Sequence record: LC727695.1
DNA length: 64,000 nucleotides
Reading direction: 5' to 3' (one strand)
Below are positions 46,400 through 64,000 of this stretch, one piece after another (within the stretch, counting starts at the first letter, position 1; every line of letters begins with the position of its first letter). The notes beneath the pieces were generated by a model. That model saw only the letters and a list, made by a program, of their open reading frames with translations, was not told where the DNA came from and ran no database searches. The translations under genes and the position numbers were made by a program.

Positions 46400-46888
46400 T
46401 TAGACTTTTAGTCCACGAATATTGAAGATTATTTGACAAGCTGCAATTATTCTATTTCTAGAAATCTTTACAGGAATTTTATAGTGATTGAGTACAGCTT
46501 TAGGATTCTCAACACTCATCAATTCTTTAAGTAATTCGTCGCTAATTTTATTATGTGTTAGGACAAAGGTTGCGACATCGTGGTCCCAGCATCGTTTTAT
46601 TGCACTACAAGCACGAATATACTTCTCGGCTAATTCGGGGCTAAAATCTAATGCTTCTAGCCATTTCTTACGACCAGCAGTGTAAATCACTCGTGTACGA
46701 GTATTCGATGGGACAGCTACAATATAACCTGTACCTAGTGTCCTACGCTCTTCAATGGGTCTGATGTTCCAATCACCAATCATCCTAATTAATGTAGATA
46801 GATCATCATTAGCACCATAGTAACCAATAGGTAAACCTAAACTCACTTGTGTATCTATCTGGTCTACAGTTTGATGTGTAATAACCAT
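46400..46888 (-). CDS. hypothetical protein
   Basis: 162-aa ORF. Confidence 0.7.
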   Translation of the reverse strand: MVITHQTVDQIDTQVSLGLPIGYYGANDDLSTLIRMIGDWNIRPIEERRTLGTGYIVAVPSNTRTRVIYTAGRKKWLEALDFSPELAEKYIRACSAIKRCWDHDVATFVLTHNKISDELLKELMSVENPKAVLNHYKIPVKISRNRIIAACQIIFNIRGLKV

Positions 46889-46996
46889 TGTAGTTCTCTT
46901 CCCAATAGGGTTTTATAAACTTCCACAAGACTAAACTCCATTATAGCCCTATCAGATTGGGTAATAAAACTTAACAAAAAAAATATTAAACATAAA

Positions 46997-47018
46997 ACCC
47001 TCTCCCGAAGGAGAGGGT
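46997..47018 (-). terminator. intrinsic terminator, UUCG loop
   Basis: ACCCUCUCC-UUCG-GGAGAGGGU-UUUA. Confidence 0.9.
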
Positions 47019-47029
47019 AATATATAACT

Positions 47030-47392
47030 TTATCCATACATTACGAAAGGTACTTCGTAAACAATTAGATAAGTATACATCAGTTTAAAACCAATGTGTA
47101 ACCACTGATCTTGATTAAATGTAATTTTATTATCACATTTTAAATAATCAATAATGCAATGAGCAATTGCTTCAATAAGTCCTAAAACTAATGAACCAGT
47201 GATGAAATAAACTGCACCGCCATGCATAAAACTATGCGCGGGTAATACCCATTTCCAGTATAGCGAACCTAGTTCAGTAGTATGATTTTTAGCCTTTGCA
47301 ATGAAATCATTTTGCAATGAAAAATCAAAGATGAAGTGTGCCACAATTAAACCAAAGAATAATGCCATTGAGCTGACACTGATTAATTCCAT
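47030..47392 (-). CDS. DUF3307 membrane protein
   Basis: AHF..DF.LQ...AK.K, H...H, H..ID..K, DQ.LH. Confidence 0.85.
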   Translation of the reverse strand: MELISVSSMALFFGLIVAHFIFDFSLQNDFIAKAKNHTTELGSLYWKWVLPAHSFMHGGAVYFITGSLVLGLIEAIAHCIIDYLKCDNKITFNQDQWLHIGFKLMYTYLIVYEVPFVMYG

Positions 47393-47403
47393 TTTATTTC
47401 CGC

Positions 47404-47805
47404 CTAGAAAGGTATCTCATCTTCAACAATGTGTGAATAGTCGATATTATGTTTTTCACATAATTCTTTAAATTTATCTATTTTGGTTATAGCCTCTAAT
47501 AGATCAGAATGTAATTTATTTTTATAATTCTTACCAAAATCAGCAGGGTCAAATACAGATTTATAGTAGGTATATATTTCAGAATATTCTTTCTTTAAAA
47601 GATCGATAACTACTGGATCATTGCCATCACCAAGATAACTAATCAGATGACATAAATCATAGTTTTGACGGCGAGCTGCTTTTAAGATAAGTTCATTAAT
47701 TTCAATTAATTCAGACTTATTACATCGCCTTCTTTTTATATATCGAATGATTTTATTAAATATCATATTAAGTGATTCCCAACCATTGTAGATAACCACT
47801 ATCAC
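47404..47805 (-). CDS. hypothetical protein (likely start ~47766)
   Basis: ORF; internal MIFNK start avoids the overlap. Confidence 0.65.
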   Translation of the reverse strand: MIVVIYNGWESLNMIFNKIIRYIKRRRCNKSELIEINELILKAARRQNYDLCHLISYLGDGNDPVVIDLLKKEYSEIYTYYKSVFDPADFGKNYKNKLHSDLLEAITKIDKFKELCEKHNIDYSHIVEDEIPF

Positions 47806-48142
47806 TTAATCCACGATAATAATCATCTTTATTTTTACGTAAATAACAATAAACTATTTTACCCATTAATTGATAGTTAGCTTCATTATCAAAGGTAAAT
47901 TCTTTTTCTAATCTATTATTACTATCCACTAATGAGATTACTACATTACCGTAACGTACTGTTAATTTAACTGTACGAGTAGAGTCGGTATCATGAAAGA
48001 TATAAGTCAACCCATAATTCAACTCATTATTTAATACTTGAATACTAGTAGATCTATTAGATTTAATCTGAAGTGGATGCTCAACAATCGCCTTGAATGC
48101 TTTATTGCATAAGAGAATATTTTGTATTTTTAATGAATCCAT
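47768..48142 (-). CDS. hypothetical protein
   Basis: ends GYLQWLGI; similar to 48667-49029. Confidence 0.7.
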   Translation of the reverse strand: MDSLKIQNILLCNKAFKAIVEHPLQIKSNRSTSIQVLNNELNYGLTYIFHDTDSTRTVKLTVRYGNVVISLVDSNNRLEKEFTFDNEANYQLMGKIVYCYLRKNKDDYYRGLSDSGYLQWLGIT

Positions 48143-48218
48143 GACATTACCTGACTTTGTATTTATAATTTACCTATATCAAATTAGAAGTAGGCAATAA
48201 TGAGCTGACCCAGTAGTC

Positions 48219-48262
48219 TTCAATCTCAGCCTAATTGGATCAGTGTTTAGACTGAGATTGAA
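48219..48262 (-). other. long intergenic hairpin (16-bp stem), no U-tract
   Basis: minus strand TTCAATCTCAGTCTAA-N12-TTAGGCTGAGATTGAA. Confidence 0.7.
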
Positions 48263-48297
48263 TATTAAGCTGTAGTGGTACTTTAATCAATGATGTA

Positions 48298-48654
48298 TTA
48301 TGGATTTCCGGCAAGCCAGCTTACTGCACATATTGCTGCCTCATCAAATTGATTCAATGAGAATTTGGTTATCCGAACAGCCTGTGCCATATTAAGAACT
48401 TTAAATTCACTATCACCAGACTCAATATGAGATATCATGCCAAGATGATCATTGCTGGTATCATAAACTGCAATGTGGATATCCTTGCCTCTCTCAACCA
48501 CATATGCAATAGATCGTTTTGTTACAGGGTTATCGATGACATTAACTGTTTCACGCAATGTAGCGTCAATCCGGGATGCATTAATATGAATGCTAATTGC
48601 ATTCAGCAAATGATGCTCAATCTGTCGCCCTGTTTCAAGAGTTAGAGAACCCAT
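48298..48654 (-). CDS. hypothetical protein
   Basis: 118-aa ORF, GGAG SD. Confidence 0.7.
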   Translation of the reverse strand: MGSLTLETGRQIEHHLLNAISIHINASRIDATLRETVNVIDNPVTKRSIAYVVERGKDIHIAVYDTSNDHLGMISHIESGDSEFKVLNMAQAVRITKFSLNQFDEAAICAVSWLAGNP

Positions 48655-48666
48655 TATAATCTCCTT

Positions 48667-49029
48667 TTAGAATCCAAGATAATCAAAGAATCCATGGTAA
48701 TCGAATGTGCGTGTTGGGATACTTGTATCCGAAAAGAACGTATTTATTTGTTTGGCTAATTCAGTGTAGTAATGTGAATTATATTTGTTGATCTTAGTAA
48801 CCATCTTCTCATCAAAGAGATAGGTTACACGCATATTCAGTGGTTTAACTACATTGATCTCAATAACTACCTTACGAACCATATCCTCAGATAAGAGTAT
48901 ACACTTAGCGTCACATGGTGAAACCTCTATTTTAATACCTACACAAGGCTTGAGGTTATCGTGATATTTCGTGAGTTCCTCTAATACAGCATCCATAGTT
49001 TGGATGAGCTTTATATTGGTGATGTTCAT
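48667..49029 (-). CDS. hypothetical protein
   Basis: ends GFFDYLGF; similar to 47768-48142. Confidence 0.7.
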   Translation of the reverse strand: MNITNIKLIQTMDAVLEELTKYHDNLKPCVGIKIEVSPCDAKCILLSEDMVRKVVIEINVVKPLNMRVTYLFDEKMVTKINKYNSHYYTELAKQINTFFSDTSIPTRTFDYHGFFDYLGF

Positions 49030-49766
49030 TACAGCCCCTCGTAAATATCCTTTCGTTTTGGATTGATGCCTGCAACCTTACCTTTATCATTATTGATGTA
49101 ACAAAGGAATTCATCGCAAGTGGTGGTCTTTACAAATGGGATAATTTGAATGAGTTCTAGTAAAGTATATTCTTTACCAAAGTATTTACACATTTGTGTA
49201 AGTTGACTACACACTACATTATAAAAGCCCCTAGTATTTTGTAGTGTAAGATACTCACCATCAATCACTCTATCATTATTTACCATGTATACATCACGAA
49301 TAGGATAAGTGTCTTTTAAGGGACCATTGCCAAATTTGACACCATGTACCCCATTAGGTCCATTTAGTAAATAGTATCCAGTTGGTACTGACCAATAAGT
49401 AGTTCCTTTAAATCCCAATAGATGTCCATATGGTTCATGATAATCGGATGTATAGCACTGATCATCCTCACAGATAACCTCCTGGTACATCGAGTATTCA
49501 ACAGGTAGTTGTTTAGTTGGATCACTAGGGTGAACCACCAATATTATTGAATTTTCTGGATAACTGGTCCAACCGCAACTACCCAGTTTGGATTGCTTAT
49601 TGAAATTACATGGAGCAATTCGCGGAGTATGATTAGAGTAGAATAATGGTACTCCATAAAAAGCAAGTGGTTCGTAATTAACACTAGCTTTAGTATACAT
49701 GCCAATACTAATCAGAAATACTGCACAGAATATACGCATCGATAATTTAAACATCAGTGCATCCAC
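49029..49766 (-). CDS. Cys-rich exported protein
   Basis: signal-like N-terminus, several Cys pairs (C-N10-C, C-N4-C). Confidence 0.7.
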   Translation of the reverse strand: MDALMFKLSMRIFCAVFLISIGMYTKASVNYEPLAFYGVPLFYSNHTPRIAPCNFNKQSKLGSCGWTSYPENSIILVVHPSDPTKQLPVEYSMYQEVICEDDQCYTSDYHEPYGHLLGFKGTTYWSVPTGYYLLNGPNGVHGVKFGNGPLKDTYPIRDVYMVNNDRVIDGEYLTLQNTRGFYNVVCSQLTQMCKYFGKEYTLLELIQIIPFVKTTTCDEFLCYINNDKGKVAGINPKRKDIYEGL

Positions 49767-50538
49767 CCTCGGTTTCCTTAATTGCTAATTTTACTAATAC
49801 ACTTACCCATACGCCTTCATCGAGTAGCCAACCAGCTGCACCCGTGCCATGCTCGGCAAATCCAAGACTATCTAAATAATGTAGCATGAATGTAGTCGGA
49901 CCAAATCCATATTTCTTATCACATTCATTACGTTTAGAAATATTCCACCCTTGGCGATATATATCCAATACATCATCAATATACTGCAATTCTGCTTCTG
50001 GATGACCACAACCACACAGGTTTAATAATTTGCGTGTAATGGTATTGCATGTATCACTATATTCTTTTTCATTATAATCAATGAAAGTGCCTTCCCGTTT
50101 GAATAGTTGCTTATCGGATGTTAAATCATTAAAATGACCAGGGTAATCTTGAGATGGAAGTGCACCTAGTGCCATTAGTATAATAACACGCGGATCTTTA
50201 CGCTCAACTGATTCAATGAGTACTTTAAAGTTGAGTTCTCGTTGTACCACATTGTTATCAATGTTGATATTATTCAGAAGAATGTCCATAGCTTCTTGAC
50301 CATGCCAACTACGGAGGTTAGGTTGATTATTAGTATAACCAGTGATGGTCAATTGGTTAGCTGTGTTTGATTTACCAACAGTAACATGTAAGTAATAAGG
50401 GCATTGTTCTAATTTATCAGCAATACCAGTTGAAGATTTGTTACCCTCAAGTAGTCCAACATCGCCATGACCGATATACAAACAGATACCTTCTGTAGAA
50501 GGTTGAGTAGTATAGTTAAAGTTCAAGGATTTAAACAT
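49747..50538 (-). CDS. two-domain phage protein
   Basis: C-terminal LCGCGHPE...LD...EHG...WL motif. Confidence 0.7.
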   Translation of the reverse strand: MFKSLNFNYTTQPSTEGICLYIGHGDVGLLEGNKSSTGIADKLEQCPYYLHVTVGKSNTANQLTITGYTNNQPNLRSWHGQEAMDILLNNINIDNNVVQRELNFKVLIESVERKDPRVIILMALGALPSQDYPGHFNDLTSDKQLFKREGTFIDYNEKEYSDTCNTITRKLLNLCGCGHPEAELQYIDDVLDIYRQGWNISKRNECDKKYGFGPTTFMLHYLDSLGFAEHGTGAAGWLLDEGVWVSVLVKLAIKETEGGCTDV

Positions 50539-50565
50539 ACTCTTTCCTCTATTATAAATGATTAG

Positions 50566-51006
50566 TTATTTACCGTTTATATAAAGATTAAATGGACATT
50601 GACACATGAATTCCGCATTTAGAATACTTTCAATATTGTAACTAATTGATTTATCAGTGATGATGTTGATATCTAAATACCACGTTTTAGTATTTTGAGT
50701 AACTAGTCTGTATTCAATGTCAATACTAAAGCCAGGTGCATCGACTGGGTCATTATCACCTTCATGCTGATAAATAAAGTGTGAACATAAAGTATACCTA
50801 GCTTTAATATATTCATCTGGTTTTATAACTTTTAAAGGGGCATTGATACGTGACATAAAACCATGATAATTAAATTCTTTATCCCTAATGTCGATAATTT
50901 TAGGAGTAACCGATACATAGGCTGGCCATTGTGGTAAATCTAGTTCACCATGTTTAGATTGGTCTTTATCAACGATATGAAAAGCCCTAACAATTCTATT
51001 AAACAT
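50566..51006 (-). CDS. hypothetical protein
   Basis: 146-aa ORF. Confidence 0.7.
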   Translation of the reverse strand: MFNRIVRAFHIVDKDQSKHGELDLPQWPAYVSVTPKIIDIRDKEFNYHGFMSRINAPLKVIKPDEYIKARYTLCSHFIYQHEGDNDPVDAPGFSIDIEYRLVTQNTKTWYLDINIITDKSISYNIESILNAEFMCQCPFNLYINGK

Positions 51007-51039
51007 TTGATATACCTTTTAACAAAAAAATTATAAAGA

Positions 51040-51062
51040 AGAGTCCCCGTAATGGGGACTCT
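51040..51062 (-). terminator. intrinsic terminator
   Basis: AGAGTCCCC-N5-GGGGACTCT. Confidence 0.85.
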
Positions 51063-51075
51063 ATTATATCGTGTT

Positions 51076-51327
51076 TTATTTTTTATCGCGACTAGATGGA
51101 GCTAGCTTATAGAACTTCCGAAACTTATTAATAGACAATGTAAATGAATCTTCCCTACCATCTGGATAACCGAGATAAACATCACGTCGAGATAGTTTAA
51201 TTAGCTTATGTGCAGTTGATACGCCATTTCGCTCAACTAAAAAAGTGCGACCAATATAAGCTTCTAGATTATCAAGCTCAGTTGCAGGAATATATTTAGA
51301 TTCTTTCAGAGTCAGGGTAGTGCTCAT
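51076..51327 (-). CDS. hypothetical protein
   Basis: 83-aa ORF. Confidence 0.65.
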   Translation of the reverse strand: MSTTLTLKESKYIPATELDNLEAYIGRTFLVERNGVSTAHKLIKLSRRDVYLGYPDGREDSFTLSINKFRKFYKLAPSSRDKK

Positions 51328-51364
51328 TTAATTTCTTCACCAGTTACGAAGTAATAAATTAATT

Positions 51365-52426
51365 TTATTTCCAGAGTGTTTTACCAATTAGATCATTTTC
51401 CGCAATGAATGCATCTAATTGATGTCCATAGTAAAGTAAACTATGAATTTGTTGATTTAGTCGTTCTTTATTTGAACCTAAGAACATCTTGTGCTTCTCA
51501 CCATCAGGTAGTTGATCGTAAACTCGTTGGCAGTACTTCTGTGCCACAACCTTACCAGATGCAAGGAAACGCTCATCACCTTCGAATAACTGAGGGATAA
51601 TATTTTCATCAAGATACTTACTGATTTCAGTATCTAGATCAAAATGTAAATCACAGTCAGATACTTCTACAGGATTTTCCTGCTGTGCATCATTCCATGG
51701 GATGTCCGAACTTTCACTATTGCTATCATATTCACTATTACTTGAGGATGTGTCAGATAGCTGCTCATCAAAAGATGATTGTTTATTCTTTTGTTTTTCA
51801 CGCAAGAAGATAATCGATTCAACAATTTCATTAACAATGACATCTAGACCACGATTAGCATCGACCGTAATAGAACTAGGTTGATTGATGAGTCGTTCAA
51901 AACCTTTATCAACCTTATCGAAGTAATCAGATCCTTTAGATTCATAATAATCAAGACGCCTATTACTTCTCTTAATTCGTTCTTCACGTACCTCTTTAGG
52001 TGCAGTCAGGAAGAAGGTAGCTGGCTCTGGGATAGAGTGTAAGGTTCCTTGAAGGATATCCATAAACAATTTTGATAGATATGGATTAGTTTCTTCGAAA
52101 GGATACACATTTAGAGCATATGTCGATGCAATGAATCGCTCGGTAATAACAATCTTATCTTCTTTAAGAGCAGGTAAGATGATATTCTCTACATTCATCA
52201 CTCTATATGCACTATGCATCAGTACATCAAATTCCGGTGGTCGAACATCATTGTGTTTAGGCCAAATCAGCATTTGTCGGATTTCTTCTGATGTATTTGT
52301 ACCGCCAGGTTCACGTAGTGTTACGACATCATATCCACGTTTAAGAAGCTCCGCAACAACCATTTTTGTAACGGTCGTTTTACCGACACCTTCATTCCCT
52401 TCAATACTTACAAATAAACCATTCAT
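51365..52426 (-). CDS. tmk: thymidylate kinase with C-terminal extension
   Basis: SIEGNEGVGKTT, REPGGT, ERFIAST.A. Confidence 0.9.
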   Translation of the reverse strand: MNGLFVSIEGNEGVGKTTVTKMVVAELLKRGYDVVTLREPGGTNTSEEIRQMLIWPKHNDVRPPEFDVLMHSAYRVMNVENIILPALKEDKIVITERFIASTYALNVYPFEETNPYLSKLFMDILQGTLHSIPEPATFFLTAPKEVREERIKRSNRRLDYYESKGSDYFDKVDKGFERLINQPSSITVDANRGLDVIVNEIVESIIFLREKQKNKQSSFDEQLSDTSSSNSEYDSNSESSDIPWNDAQQENPVEVSDCDLHFDLDTEISKYLDENIIPQLFEGDERFLASGKVVAQKYCQRVYDQLPDGEKHKMFLGSNKERLNQQIHSLLYYGHQLDAFIAENDLIGKTLWK

Positions 52427-52758
52427 TACTGATCCTTCATCTTAAATTCAATTACTGCTTCAACGTTATCTTTTAAATCTTGTTGCGATAATTTTAATGA
52501 AGCCCTATAACCTAAGCTATATAGAACGTCAACTAATGCATCAATGCTTAGAGCTGGTAAATTACACATTTTAATATTTTCACTAAGTTCATCAGAGATA
52601 CCTAGTTTAGTGAAAACATCGTCAATCAATACTTTTTGAGAAATGGCTTTTTGTCGAACAGTTTGTACAATTACAATAACTAGATTAGATTTGATATCGT
52701 TAGAATGTGATTTTTTATTATCACCATAAACTTCTTTAAATAAATTCTGATCCGCCAT
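52426..52758 (-). CDS. XRE-type HTH-like protein
   Basis: LGIS...I......LSIDALVDVL.SLGY pattern. Confidence 0.55.
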   Translation of the reverse strand: MADQNLFKEVYGDNKKSHSNDIKSNLVIVIVQTVRQKAISQKVLIDDVFTKLGISDELSENIKMCNLPALSIDALVDVLYSLGYRASLKLSQQDLKDNVEAVIEFKMKDQ

Positions 52759-52824
52759 GATACCTAATTCCTTAAATTATTAAAATGTATTATTTAACCA
52801 TTAAACTTTTTAATATAAAATGAC

Positions 52825-52845
52825 CAGTGGGTACATTACCCACTG
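52825..52845 (-). terminator. intrinsic terminator
   Basis: CAGTGGGTA-N3-TACCCACTG. Confidence 0.75.
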
Positions 52846-52875
52846 ATCTTATTATATTGACATAGCTAGTATATA

Positions 52876-53280
52876 TTAGCTATTGACATCTTCAAAGAAG
52901 CTGGCTACACTTTCAACAACATCATTCATAGCGCTGCTCTTATATTTGGTATCTACCACCGTAACAAGCTCGCCTTTACGATCGATAATACCAGAAACAG
53001 TTGCACCACCTGCATTATAGGAATAACCCAGTTCAGCAATGTTTTCATTTTCTTTCATGTACGGTGCAGCTTTTTCAGCAAATACATAACTTACAGCTGC
53101 TGCCAGTTGCCCTGCACCTTCATGTACCTGAGCATACTGCTCGGCGGTCACGCCTGCCGGTTGTAGAACAACTTCTTCAAATAGACCATCCGGGATTTCG
53201 AATACCCCGGCATCGGACATGCTTACTTTTTCATTTAGGTTGTGAGTTTCGATAAACTTCTTGGTGGTTTCGATGGACAT
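52876..53280 (-). CDS. acidic hypothetical protein
   Basis: 134-aa ORF. Confidence 0.75.
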   Translation of the reverse strand: MSIETTKKFIETHNLNEKVSMSDAGVFEIPDGLFEEVVLQPAGVTAEQYAQVHEGAGQLAAAVSYVFAEKAAPYMKENENIAELGYSYNAGGATVSGIIDRKGELVTVVDTKYKSSAMNDVVESVASFFEDVNS

Positions 53281-53310
53281 TTTAGTACTCTCTCTATTTA
53301 GGGTGGTGGT

Positions 53311-53607
53311 TTAATTTACATCTTTCATTACAAAGCAACTACCATCATTAAAGACAATCTTAATTAGATTGTCAGTTAATGGTCGTTTATATACAACACA
53401 TTTTACATCGGGGAGTTTAACTACTTCTTTTAAAGCATCTGGCATACCAATTAGATTAATGGTAGCTGCTACTTTATTTAGTGTGTCAAGATGTGAAATC
53501 AGCTCATGTGCTGACTTAACCAAATCTACCATTGTTTTGTCTTTATCTACCATGCTAGTTACTCGATTTGATATATGAGGTACATACATCGCCAAAGTCT
53601 TCACCAC
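53311..53607 (-). CDS. hypothetical protein (start uncertain)
   Basis: 98-aa ORF overlapping the next gene. Confidence 0.6.
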   Translation of the reverse strand: MVKTLAMYVPHISNRVTSMVDKDKTMVDLVKSAHELISHLDTLNKVAATINLIGMPDALKEVVKLPDVKCVVYKRPLTDNLIKIVFNDGSCFVMKDVN

Positions 53608-54049
53608 TAGTATCAGCTACAATTGCAACTGGCGACCATCGAGCGGCAACAGCCTCACATACACCGATCGAATTCACTCGACGAATCGCATGAGCACCAG
53701 TATCAATTACACTGAAACTGAGTTCACTAATGATTTCCACTCCTTTTAGTTCAGCGCTACTATCAATAACCTGGGTACTAATTAGATAGTTAGCTGTATC
53801 ATTATTATACGCAAGTACTAGTCTAAAAACCATGAGGGAGTTATCATTATCGGTGATGCCAGCGACTAGCTCATGATTCGAAGTGAGTGTATAGATACAA
53901 CTACTTTCTTGAGTGGTAATTGGTAATCCTGGTGAAGAACTATATACACTAGGTGCATTAGCTGTATGTAGTTCAAACTTATTTACAGCGGAGTTAGGAC
54001 CAGGAACTTTATAACCAATAGGTCGGGCAGTGAAGATTACAACGTTCAT
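53555..54049 (-). CDS. conserved phiKZ-like hypothetical (possible virion) protein
   Basis: 164-aa ORF, GAGGA SD. Confidence 0.7.
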   Translation of the reverse strand: MNVVIFTARPIGYKVPGPNSAVNKFELHTANAPSVYSSSPGLPITTQESSCIYTLTSNHELVAGITDNDNSLMVFRLVLAYNNDTANYLISTQVIDSSAELKGVEIISELSFSVIDTGAHAIRRVNSIGVCEAVAARWSPVAIVADTSGEDFGDVCTSYIKSSN

Positions 54050-54094
54050 TATGATTCCTCTTTACTAGATAGTTATTTTCCTAATTGCGTATTA

Positions 54095-54122
54095 GTAATA
54101 TAAATCTCAAATTTTTTTCATT
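54095..54122 (-). promoter_or_regulatory. phiKZ-type early promoter (subtype A)
   Basis: minus strand AATTTGAGATTTATATTAC. Confidence 0.75.
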
Positions 54123-54132
54123 ACGATATAAA

Positions 54133-54150
54133 GCCTCCCCGAAGGGAGGC
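54133..54150 (-). terminator. intrinsic terminator, UUCG loop
   Basis: GCCUCCC-UUCG-GGGAGGC-UUUA. Confidence 0.9.
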
Positions 54151-54156
54151 AATATG

Positions 54157-54849
54157 TTAATTACCACTATAAGTACCTTCAGTACCCTGTTCTTTACGTC
54201 GTACGAAGCGTTGATGAATTGCACTAAGAGCACGGTCCATTGAATTAATCACTACCTGATTCTCTTCACATGCAAATGGGCCTGCTTGGTAACCTTCAAA
54301 TAAATCTTTAACGATTTTAATTAGACAGTCAGCAGTTAGGCCATTTACACCAACTTCTGGAACAAGTCCATTCTGCATTAGGATAACGCATTCAGTCAGG
54401 TTATCACCAGGCATAGCAGCTGGGTTAGTCTGAGCATTATAACCAGTTACCACATAACGTTTAGTTGCACCTGATTTCTGGTCAATGCCACTTGCTTCAA
54501 TATTTAGACCATTTTCATCAAAATGTTCATGGCCATAAATACCTTGCATAGTTACCCATCCACCATCTTCTTGATAAATCCAATCTACCCCATTTACATG
54601 ATAAGTATCGCCTGGTTCAGGGTCAGCTGGAAGATCTTTAGTAGTGGTTAATGCACGGATACGCGCATATTCTTCAATTGCAATTTGTACATCAGTTGCA
54701 GTAATTTTCTTCTCAGGTTCAGTAGCTTCATCTTGTTGAGACTTATCGCTACCTTCCTTTTGATCATTATCCATATCGGAAGAATCTACTGTACTCTTAG
54801 CTTCTTTACTTTCTAAGGAAGCTAACCACTCAAGATTAGGTTTAGACAT
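54157..54849 (-). CDS. tad1: Tad1-like cyclic-nucleotide/gcADPR sponge with N-terminal extension
   Basis: C-terminal QNG...GVNG....LI.IV.D....YQAGPF.C.EN......R...R....EGT matches the Tad1 pattern; start set at MSKPNLEW (GAGGT SD). Confidence 0.8.
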   Translation of the reverse strand: MSKPNLEWLASLESKEAKSTVDSSDMDNDQKEGSDKSQQDEATEPEKKITATDVQIAIEEYARIRALTTTKDLPADPEPGDTYHVNGVDWIYQEDGGWVTMQGIYGHEHFDENGLNIEASGIDQKSGATKRYVVTGYNAQTNPAAMPGDNLTECVILMQNGLVPEVGVNGLTADCLIKIVKDLFEGYQAGPFACEENQVVINSMDRALSAIHQRFVRRKEQGTEGTYSGN

Positions 54850-54856
54850 ACTTACC

Positions 54857-55162
54857 TCAATAAATGAAACCACCAATGTAAAGTGACACTACTACATCGG
54901 CAACCCGAGGGTCTTGTGAATATTTAGATTTGACTAGTTTAATAAGTTCGGCTCGATTTTTAATGAAGCCTAGTTTCTTATTATCAATTTCTTCAGCTTT
55001 AATTAGGAAGTCATCTAACTTCTTCTTACTACCCAGTAAATTAATCACCATTTGATCAATAACTGCATTAGAATTTGATAGTTTAGTTAATTCTTGTTCA
55101 AAAACTTCCTTACGTCCTTCTGATCCAATTAAAGCTAGACCGATCTTTTTAAGTAGAGACAT
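54857..55162 (-). CDS. hypothetical protein
   Basis: 101-aa ORF, AGGT SD. Confidence 0.7.
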   Translation of the reverse strand: MSLLKKIGLALIGSEGRKEVFEQELTKLSNSNAVIDQMVINLLGSKKKLDDFLIKAEEIDNKKLGFIKNRAELIKLVKSKYSQDPRVADVVVSLYIGGFIY

Positions 55163-55220
55163 GTTAATTACCTATTACATTGGTTTAAGAATGGTTACAA
55201 TAAATAACTATTCCAAGTAT

Positions 55221-63984
<8,764 letters not shown>

Positions 63985-64000
63985 ATTAAACTCCATTGAC

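Noticed and set aside
3375-54150. CRISPR array from recurring CCTCCCCGAAGGGAGG
   Set aside because: The copies are kilobases apart, sit at gene ends and have U-tracts, so they are terminators. There are no regular spacers or cas genes.

Overview
64 kb of an AT-rich, lytic phiKZ-like jumbo phage genome. The family assignment is inferred from a 2.2-kaa gp181-like tail lytic transglycosylase with a gp182-like neighbour, a ThyA carrying large insertions, and recurrent TATATTAC early-promoter motifs; no nuclear-shell gene lies in the window. Almost all genes are on the minus strand. Positions 1-40.3 kb and 45-54 kb are dense accessory regions of small, often paralogous genes, punctuated by intrinsic terminators (many with a C(UUCG)G loop) that are frequently welded at fixed spacing to an early promoter. 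Recognisable functions are ThyA, dCTP deaminase, thymidylate kinase, a Mesh1/SAH-type HD hydrolase, a Pol-beta (RlaP-like) nucleotidyltransferase, a Zn deaminase, an SspB-like ClpXP adaptor, an AAA ATPase, a DprA/SLOG protein, an SF2 helicase, a DEDDh exoribonuclease and virion proteins. The most notable observations are: (1) an ORF-free, GC-rich, highly base-paired ~160-nt candidate ncRNA with its own terminator at ~40.36-40.53 kb; (2) a Tad1-like immune-signal sponge fused to an extra N-terminal module among virion genes; (3) an array of divergent exported two-cysteine helical proteins at 10.1-13 kb; and (4) repeated terminator-promoter cassettes that may drive gene shuffling. All family calls come from motif recognition by eye; no database search was run.
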